This document shows, one piece after another, positions 57,857 through 64,000 of a DNA stretch of 64,000 bases. How positions within the stretch are numbered: the first letter of the stretch is position 1; the number at the start of each line of letters is the position of its first letter. The translations under genes were made by a program, and so were the position numbers. The DNA lies in IMG/VR virus record IMGVR_UViG_3300021959_006017, positions 1 through 64,000 of that record. One strand, written 5' to 3'. Below the pieces are notes generated by a model. That model did not search any database. It was not told where the DNA came from and was given only the letters and a program-made list of their open reading frames with translations.

Positions 57857-58517
57857 ATATGCAAGCACACGCCTGCATGGAAAGCCTATGCTTGAGTTAG
57901 ATGGCATACCTATGATAAAGCGTGTGTATGACGCTTGTATAGCGTCTAACCTGCCAACATTTGTGCTTACTGACCACCAAGACATATACAACTATATGGG
58001 TGCCGGCAAGTGCATTATGGACACAGCAGATTATGAAAACGGCACAGAAAGATGTGCAGGTGCAGTAGCAAGCCGTGTGTTTGATGACTTTGATCAGTTT
58101 ATAAATGTACAAGGTGATATGCCAGATGTAACAGTTAACATGATTCATAAGTGCATAGTTAGTCTTAATCAATACGAAGTAAGTACAGTGTACACCGAAA
58201 TGCCTGAAGAAGAACAAAACAAGCCAAGTAGTGTAAAGATGGTTAGAGCAGGAGATCAGGCTCTGTGGTTTGGTAGAGGTATGACAGGCTACGGTGATTG
58301 GCACTTAGGTGTTTACGGTTATCGCAAGACTGCACTACAAGCATATCCGCATCTACGTATAGAACAAGAAGAACGTGTAGAAAAACTTGAACAGTTGCGT
58401 TGGCTAAAAAGTGGTTGGCAAATAGGTTGTTTGAGTGTATACTTTAATGGTGTAGAGATTAATACTGAACACGATGTTAACTTATGGAAGTACAAGCATG
58501 CCAAACAAGCACATTGA
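57825..58517 (+). CDS. kdsB: CMP-KDO synthetase
   Basis: IPARYASTRL.GKP, GTERC, INVQGD.P, H.GVYGYR, E..EKLEQLR.L. Confidence 0.92.
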   Translation: MTSTAILIPARYASTRLHGKPMLELDGIPMIKRVYDACIASNLPTFVLTDHQDIYNYMGAGKCIMDTADYENGTERCAGAVASRVFDDFDQFINVQGDMPDVTVNMIHKCIVSLNQYEVSTVYTEMPEEEQNKPSSVKMVRAGDQALWFGRGMTGYGDWHLGVYGYRKTALQAYPHLRIEQEERVEKLEQLRWLKSGWQIGCLSVYFNGVEINTEHDVNLWKYKHAKQAH

Positions 58518-58962
58518 TTTATTCAAAGAAATGATTCCAGCACTAGATGGCGGAATGCGTGATTTGTGGGATGCCGCAGGCGAAGAAGGTCAAAAAGAGA
58601 TTAAGGGCGATTTGTGGAATCTAAATCGATACATGAGTAGTGTTACAGGATCGCGTGACAAACAAGAACTTGCTGTGTTTAAAACAAATGAATACTACAA
58701 CAAAAACTGGGCTGTGTTAGGAAACAAAGAGCCTAAGTTACAATGGCTACTACTTTGTCAGTGCGGCAACACAGGACGTAAAGAGTTTCATCCGTGGATA
58801 GGGTTTAAAAAGAAAACTAATAACAATGCCGGACTAAAACTTTTACAACAAATTTATCCTAATATGAAACAAGACGAGGTTGAGCTACTTGCTAGATTAT
58901 CTACAAAAAAAGAACTCAAAGAACTGGCTGAAGAGCATGGCATCGAAAACGTCAAACTCTGA
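58498..58962 (+). CDS. Clamp-loader small subunit-like (T4 gp62-like)
   Basis: LNRYMS, NE..N, KLQW.LL, FHPWI..KKK, L...YP....E.ELL..L....ELK. Confidence 0.55.
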   Translation: MPNKHIDLFKEMIPALDGGMRDLWDAAGEEGQKEIKGDLWNLNRYMSSVTGSRDKQELAVFKTNEYYNKNWAVLGNKEPKLQWLLLCQCGNTGRKEFHPWIGFKKKTNNNAGLKLLQQIYPNMKQDEVELLARLSTKKELKELAEEHGIENVKL

Positions 58963-59638
58963 TAAGCCATATGTATGTGAATACTGCGGTAGTGGTTATG
59001 TAAGAGAAAAAACTCTTGCTGCTCATATGTGTGAACCAAAGCGTAGAGCATTACAAAAAGATGAGAAACGTGTAAGGCACGGGTTTTATGCATTTCAGAG
59101 GTTCTACAAACTGAGTGCAGGCACAAAGAAGGAAAAAACATATGAAGACTTTTGTAAATCACAGTACTATAATGCTTTCGTCAAGTTTGGTTCGTTTATC
59201 AATAATGTGCGTCCTTTATATCCTGAGCGTTATATTGATCATGTCGTTACTAGTGGAGTAAAGCTCGATCACTGGTGCAAAGAAGAAATGTACGAAAAAT
59301 ATGCACTTGAACTTATTCTTAAAGAAGACGTAACAACTGCTTTAGAAAGAAGTGTAAAAAACATGATGGAATGGGCAGATGAAAATAATAGTGTATGGAA
59401 TCATTATTTCTTCTATGTAAGTTTGAACAGAGCTGTATGGCATATTAAAGACGGAAAAGTAAGTCCTTGGCTCATACTTAACTGCAAGAGCGGAAAAGAG
59501 ATGCTAAGTAAATTTAACGATGAACAACTAGAACTTGTGTATCATGTGATTAATCCAGAGCATTGGGCAATGCGATTTAATCGTAATCCAAGTGATGTTG
59601 CACTTGTTCGTGATATTGTAAAGGAAAGCAATCTATGA
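58937..59638 (+). CDS. Hypothetical protein with N-terminal zinc finger
   Basis: YVCEYCG..Y.RE.TL.AH.C. Confidence 0.6.
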   Translation: MASKTSNSDKPYVCEYCGSGYVREKTLAAHMCEPKRRALQKDEKRVRHGFYAFQRFYKLSAGTKKEKTYEDFCKSQYYNAFVKFGSFINNVRPLYPERYIDHVVTSGVKLDHWCKEEMYEKYALELILKEDVTTALERSVKNMMEWADENNSVWNHYFFYVSLNRAVWHIKDGKVSPWLILNCKSGKEMLSKFNDEQLELVYHVINPEHWAMRFNRNPSDVALVRDIVKESNL

Positions 59639-60087
59639 AAATATTGATTATGGGCCTGCCAGGCGCAGGTAAAACTTGGCTGGCTGAAAGACTACAAAAA
59701 CATTTGCCTGATTGTGCATGGTTTAATGCAGACGAAGTTCGCAAGATGGCAAATGACTGGGAGTTTAGTGAAGACGCAAGAATAAGACAGTCTCGTCGTA
59801 TGCGTAACTTAGCAGATTACGAAAAGGGGTGCGGGCGTAATGTTATTTGCGACTTTGTTTGTCCAACTGAACTTACACGCCATATCTTTGAAGCAGATAT
59901 TACTGTTTGGGTTGACACTATTAAAGAAGGAAGATTTGAAGATACTAATAAAATGTTTGAAGAACCTAAAACTGTTGATTTTAGAATAGATAAACATCTA
60001 AGCGAAGACGACGGCGAAGTAGAAAATCTAGCAAGTGCTATTCAAGCATTAAGAATATATGACGACGGAACTATTACAGGTTGTTAA
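59635..60087 (+). CDS. cysC: Adenylyl-sulfate (APS) kinase-like protein
   Basis: MGLPGAGKT P-loop, NADEVR, FS...R.RQ..R, VICDFVCP, FEEP...D. Confidence 0.7.
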   Translation: MKILIMGLPGAGKTWLAERLQKHLPDCAWFNADEVRKMANDWEFSEDARIRQSRRMRNLADYEKGCGRNVICDFVCPTELTRHIFEADITVWVDTIKEGRFEDTNKMFEEPKTVDFRIDKHLSEDDGEVENLASAIQALRIYDDGTITGC

Positions 60088-60302
60088 TGGAAGAAAAAGT
60101 ATCAGCAAAGCGCCATTTAGCAAAAGCAGTTACATGGCGTATTATAGCAAGTATTACCACAGCACTTATTGCTTGGACGTTCGGATTGCCTCCAAAGGCT
60201 GTCGGAGCAGTATTCATAGCAGACTTAATCATTAAGTTTGTTTTGTATTATGCTCACGAACGTATGTGGTACAAACATATTAAATATGGAGTTAAAGAAT
60301 GA
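60087..60302 (+). CDS. DUF2061-like small membrane protein
   Basis: R.LAKAVTWR..AS..T, K..LYY.HER.W....G. Confidence 0.75.
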   Translation: MEEKVSAKRHLAKAVTWRIIASITTALIAWTFGLPPKAVGAVFIADLIIKFVLYYAHERMWYKHIKYGVKE

Positions 60303-60712
60303 GTTTTGATTGGAAAAAGCCTACAACACAAATGTTAGGCAGATGGCAGCCGTGGCATGATGGTCATACTGCACTATTTAAAAAAGCATATGCAGAAACC
60401 GGCCAAGTTGCTATTATGATAAGAAATGTCGGAGGTATTATTGGAGAAGATGCTGGCGGCGGCCGTACAGTAAAACAAGACGACAATCCTTTTGATCTAA
60501 GCACAGTTACTAAAAATATTATTGCAGGATTAAAAGAACACGGCTTTAAACACGACGAAGATTATGTAATCATTGTTGTACCGAATATTGTAGATATTAG
60601 TTATGGACGAGGTGTTGGATATACCTTCACAGAACACGACTTAGGCAAAGACATACATGATATCAGTGCAACTAAGATTAGAGCAAAACTAAGGGAAGAA
60701 GGTAACCTATAA
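60299..60712 (+). CDS. HxGH nucleotidyltransferase (cytidylyltransferase-like)
   Basis: GRWQPWHDGH, NPF, I.YGR.VGY, ISATKIR. Confidence 0.75.
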   Translation: MSFDWKKPTTQMLGRWQPWHDGHTALFKKAYAETGQVAIMIRNVGGIIGEDAGGGRTVKQDDNPFDLSTVTKNIIAGLKEHGFKHDEDYVIIVVPNIVDISYGRGVGYTFTEHDLGKDIHDISATKIRAKLREEGNL

Positions 60713-60713
60713 A

Positions 60714-61211
60714 ATGGAACTAATATATCATCCAAATGATTTTCTTAACAAGGAAGTTAAAACTGTTGATTTAGAAAACCCAGGATTTGATCCTAAGGAA
60801 CTTAAAAAAGAAATGGTAGACTTTATGCTAGAAAAAAATGGCATAGGACTAAGTGCTAACCAAATCGGACTAGATGCAAAAGTTTTTGTAATGGGTGATA
60901 AAGTAGAAAACTCTACTATTTGTATTAATCCAACAGTCTTACAGTATACAAGCGATACACAAAATGATTATGAAGGCTGTTTAAGTTTTCCGAATATATA
61001 CATGCGTATTACAAGACCTAAAGAAATACTTGCAGAGTTTTATGACGAAAACTTAGAAAAACAAACTGTAAAGATTACAGACTATAGTGCTAAGTGTTAT
61101 TTGCACGAACTTGATCACCTGTTAGGTATTACATTTAAAGATCGTGCAAGTAAACTTAAATGGGATATGGCTGTGAAGAAAGCACGTAAACTAGAGAAGC
61201 AGTATGCCTGA
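60714..61211 (+). CDS. def: Peptide deformylase
   Basis: GIGLSANQIG, EGCLSFP, HELDHL.G. Confidence 0.93.
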   Translation: MELIYHPNDFLNKEVKTVDLENPGFDPKELKKEMVDFMLEKNGIGLSANQIGLDAKVFVMGDKVENSTICINPTVLQYTSDTQNDYEGCLSFPNIYMRITRPKEILAEFYDENLEKQTVKITDYSAKCYLHELDHLLGITFKDRASKLKWDMAVKKARKLEKQYA

Positions 61212-61773
61212 TATTGATATAGATTTTGCAGATAGAGATGTTGTATTAGAAAAGATACAACATCGTGTTGCAAAACTAGACTCAGGCAAGAAGCACAATA
61301 CAGGTGTTTATGCTACAGAGATACCTCATAATCCTGTAGACAATCTAGCCACAATCGATTATAAGACAGCAGAAGAACGTGGATATTTTAAACTAGACTT
61401 TCTCAATGTTAGCATCTATAAAGATGTTAAAGACGAAGCACACTTGCAACAACTTATGGAAAAAGAACCACAATGGGAACTTTTACAACACAACGATTTC
61501 ACAGATCTTATCTTTCATATCTCTGGTCACGGAGATATACTACAAAAAACAAAGCCTACAAACATCGAACAACTAGCAGCAGTACTAGCGATGATACGGC
61601 CTGCCAAACGCCATCTTGTCAACGAAACTTGGCCAACGATATTAGAAAGTGTGTGGGTCGCACCCACTGACGGAAGTTACTACTTTAAGAAAGCACATGC
61701 TATTGCATATGCTGTAAGTGTTGTAGTTCATATGAACTTACTATGTGAACAGCTGGCTAGCGAGGTTTCTTAA
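61204..61773 (+). CDS. Miniature DNA polymerase III alpha (DnaE)-like protein, 189 aa
   Basis: MPDIDIDF, KH.TGV, G.FKLDFL, KP..IE.LAA.LA.IRP, Y.F.KAHA.AYA: DnaE palm/finger motifs in order. Confidence 0.78.
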   Translation: MPDIDIDFADRDVVLEKIQHRVAKLDSGKKHNTGVYATEIPHNPVDNLATIDYKTAEERGYFKLDFLNVSIYKDVKDEAHLQQLMEKEPQWELLQHNDFTDLIFHISGHGDILQKTKPTNIEQLAAVLAMIRPAKRHLVNETWPTILESVWVAPTDGSYYFKKAHAIAYAVSVVVHMNLLCEQLASEVS

Positions 61774-62125
61774 CTAGTTGGATTGATTTTCTTTTTACTC
61801 TTTTTAAACTTAAATCATTTAAGTTGACACACGGACCAATAACTATTCTTACATCTTTTGAGTTCATTGTAACAATAGAATATTTAAACGGATCCATATC
61901 TCGTTTTAAAAAAATGTTTATTGGAATAAGTCGATTAGATTCCCACCACCATGCTTCTCCTAGCTCTAAGAACACTCGTTGTTCTTCAGGAGTTCTAAGA
62001 TTAGTATAAACGTACATGGACGTGACAGTCGAATCTTGGTTAATCACTATACCTACAAACTCTTGCCCTCCGTAGGTAATAACCGATAGAAACGGAAATT
62101 TTTCTTGTATTTCTTTTGTTAACAT
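61757..62125 (-). CDS. Conserved hypothetical protein
   Basis: FPFLS...YG..E.VGI..NQD, FLELGE.WWWESNR.IPINIFL. Confidence 0.6.
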   Translation of the reverse strand: MLTKEIQEKFPFLSVITYGGQEFVGIVINQDSTVTSMYVYTNLRTPEEQRVFLELGEAWWWESNRLIPINIFLKRDMDPFKYSIVTMNSKDVRIVIGPCVNLNDLSLKRVKRKSIQLVKKPR

Positions 62126-62146
62126 AGTTTCCCGATAAATAATATT

Positions 62147-62914
62147 ATGCAATTAATACCTAGATATTTAGTCACAAATAGAATCAACATTGTCGCAGAT
62201 GTGGCAGGATTCATTACGGAGTATAGACCAGTGTACAATAAACAAATACAACTTTATAAAGGCGTTGACAATGTTATAGAGTTTAAAGTTCTCAACGCAG
62301 ATCAAAAAGCAGTAGACATAAGTTCATACACACCGACTGTGTATGCATTTGGAGAAGATAAAACACTGCTTATAGAAAAACAAGGAGTAGTATCCGCAAC
62401 TAAAGGAGTGTTTACTGTAACTATTACAGAAAGCGACTTGCTTAATATTAAACAACAGTATCTAGGTTATAATGTATTGCTAAACACAGACTCCGGAAAA
62501 ACATTAACATACGCTCACAGTAACTTTGATAATGATGCTACAATGTTTATTAATGCTAGAACAATGCCTGGTCCATTAGCAACATACGAAGTTACACAGT
62601 TTGCCGAAACAGCAGTAAACAGTGATGTATGGGTTAGCGAAAGTATAACAGCACAGCCTGCTATCAATGGCAACGAAGCACTACATACAGCAGCCGTATA
62701 TACAGACGGTTATGCTGGAGATGTTACTGTACAAGCAACACTTGACAATCAAGTAACAGGTAACACTGTATGGGCAAACGTAAGCACACTAACATTTACA
62801 GGGTCAGAAACACAACCTACACCTGTTAACTTTAATGGTGTATACAGTTATTTAAGATTCAAAACAGACGCAGATCCTGCTAGTACTATAACAAAGGTTT
62901 TGGTCAGAAATTAG
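62147..62914 (+). CDS. Probable virion structural protein
   Basis: Late motif GATAAATA at 62134; LYKGVDN.IEF.V.N.DQK; beta-rich. Confidence 0.5.
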   Translation: MQLIPRYLVTNRINIVADVAGFITEYRPVYNKQIQLYKGVDNVIEFKVLNADQKAVDISSYTPTVYAFGEDKTLLIEKQGVVSATKGVFTVTITESDLLNIKQQYLGYNVLLNTDSGKTLTYAHSNFDNDATMFINARTMPGPLATYEVTQFAETAVNSDVWVSESITAQPAINGNEALHTAAVYTDGYAGDVTVQATLDNQVTGNTVWANVSTLTFTGSETQPTPVNFNGVYSYLRFKTDADPASTITKVLVRN

Positions 62915-62915
62915 G

Positions 62916-62943
62916 TTGACATATATTAAAAATAATATATAAT
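62916..62943 (+). promoter_or_regulatory. Sigma70 promoter TTGACA-N16-TATAAT
   Basis: Consensus boxes 6 nt before ATG 62950. Confidence 0.72.
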
Positions 62944-62949
62944 ATAGTA

Positions 62950-63312
62950 ATGTATAAAATAATAATAACATTAGTGGCAACATTGTTTGCCACTTTTTCT
63001 TATGCTAACGAAGAAACTAAAAAGTCATTTACAGATGATATGACATTTAGTGTTACATTAGAAAGAGGCATGGAAACAGAACTACAATATGGTTACTTCT
63101 ATGCTACTAAGCCAATAACTAACAAACTCAGCACAACATACGGTGCAACATGGGATATAGACGCTGTAGGTAAATCTTTAGTAGATTTATCAAGTCAAAC
63201 TATAAATGTTAGTTATCAAGTAAACGATAATCTAAGTGTATATGCACTTACTGATTTAAATGATAATTTTGAGAGATCGGAAACATGGGTAGGTACAACT
63301 TACATTTGGTAG
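62950..63312 (+). CDS. Secreted protein, possible small outer-membrane beta-barrel
   Basis: Signal peptide MYKIIITLVATLFATFSYA; alternating beta strands; C-terminal TWVGTTYIW with terminal aromatic residue. Confidence 0.55.
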   Translation: MYKIIITLVATLFATFSYANEETKKSFTDDMTFSVTLERGMETELQYGYFYATKPITNKLSTTYGATWDIDAVGKSLVDLSSQTINVSYQVNDNLSVYALTDLNDNFERSETWVGTTYIW

Positions 63313-63770
63313 GATGGATAGCTGGACTAACTCTGCTACTAGGACTTAGCAGAGTTATTCCTCACCCACCTAACTTTACACCAATACTAGCAGTTGGAAT
63401 ATTTGTTCCTTTGCTAACAGGTAAATGGCAACATGCACTTCCACTAACACTAGGTGCTATGTTTATAGGAGATTTGTTTTGGGGATTACATCCTTATATG
63501 GCATGGACCTATGCAAGCGTAGCTTTAGTATCATTAGTAGCATTAAATATGAGTTTGTTGGTTAACTGCATTGTTGCTCCTATTATCTTTTTTATAATAA
63601 CAAACTTTGGTGTATGGACTAGCGGTTACTATGGATTAACCCTAGAAGGATTAATAGCATGTTATATTGCTGCTATTCCTTTCTTCCATATGACACTATT
63701 AGGAACTATTGTATATACAGGTCTGTTTTACGGATTATACAAAACTTATAGCCAAAAAGTCTTGACATAA
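63285..63770 (+). CDS. DUF6580-like inner-membrane putative transporter (start may be TTG 63306)
   Basis: SR.IPHPPNFTP..A, MFIGD.F.G.H, FFIITNFGVW...Y.....GL..CY..AIPFF...L.GT..Y. Confidence 0.7.
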   Translation: MGRYNLHLVGWIAGLTLLLGLSRVIPHPPNFTPILAVGIFVPLLTGKWQHALPLTLGAMFIGDLFWGLHPYMAWTYASVALVSLVALNMSLLVNCIVAPIIFFIITNFGVWTSGYYGLTLEGLIACYIAAIPFFHMTLLGTIVYTGLFYGLYKTYSQKVLT

Positions 63771-63790
63771 TCTAACACTGGTACTATAAT
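63762..63790 (+). promoter_or_regulatory. Sigma70 consensus promoter TTGACA-N17-TATAAT
   Basis: Perfect consensus, 6 nt before ATG 63797. Confidence 0.8.
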
Positions 63791-63796
63791 AATAGT

Positions 63797-64000
63797 ATGA
63801 GTGTAGTAAACGATACAGTTCTGACATACCTTCCTGCAAAGCGTAAGCAATCGCCGAGCGGATGGATCTCCTTCAATGCGCCGTGCTGTCATCATAACGG
63901 ACACTCTGTGGATACTCGCGGTAGAGGCGGTTTGATATCTAATGCCGATGGTAGTGTTAGCTATCACTGCTTCAACTGCGGTTTCAAAGCAAGCTGGCAA
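63797..64000 (+). CDS. DNA primase N-terminal zinc-binding domain (gp61-like), 3'-truncated; absent from the ORF track
   Basis: MSVVNDTVLTYLPAKRKQSPSGWISFNAPCCHHNG...RGRGG....SYHCFNCGFKASW. Confidence 0.75.
   Translation, partial: MSVVNDTVLTYLPAKRKQSPSGWISFNAPCCHHNGHSVDTRGRGGLISNADGSVSYHCFNCGFKASWQ

Noticed and set aside
63746-64000. 84-aa minus-strand ORF at the window end
   Set aside because: The plus strand encodes a primase zinc domain from 63797 with a consensus promoter.
1-64000. CRISPR array, tRNA/rRNA genes, alternative genetic code
   Set aside because: Intergenic gaps are short and contain only promoters and hairpins; no repeat-spacer pattern or cloverleaf seen by eye; genes are intact under the standard code and all three stop codons are used.

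Overview
64 kb of an AT-rich, densely coding genome of a large T4-like (myovirus) bacteriophage; standard genetic code, host probably Gram-negative (not identifiable from this window). In order: (1) 1-21.4 kb, tail-fibre/virion structural region with very large repeat proteins, three tandem Cys/Gly-rich paralogues and an embedded 2OG-Fe(II) oxygenase / GT9-like glycosyltransferase / carbamoyltransferase cassette; (2) 21.4-25.4 kb, minus-strand ADP-heptose operon (hldE, oxygenase, hldD, cupin, gmhB) and a NUDIX gene; (3) 25.4-41.6 kb, neck/tail/packaging genes (gp15, gp14, gp13, dNMP kinase, frameshifted tail sheath, tail tube, gp4, small and large terminase); (4) 41.7-44.6 kb, ssb/uvsX/uvsY; (5) 44.6-52.3 kb, glycosylation island (four KpsC/KpsS-like and three GT-A-like transferases, sulfotransferase, methyltransferase, cytidylyltransferase-cupin); (6) 52.3-64 kb, uvsW, yhhQ, cupins, kdsA-kdsB, clamp-loader subunit, APS-kinase cassette, peptide deformylase, a miniature DnaE-like protein, a membrane-protein pair and the start of primase. 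The most notable signals are a distributed phage-encoded toolkit for LPS-core-type sugars (ADP-heptose, CMP-Kdo) with matching transferases and tailoring enzymes, and pervasive leaderless gene starts directly behind TAAATA late and sigma70-type promoters. No tRNA, rRNA or CRISPR array was seen. All product calls are from motif recognition by eye; no searches were run.
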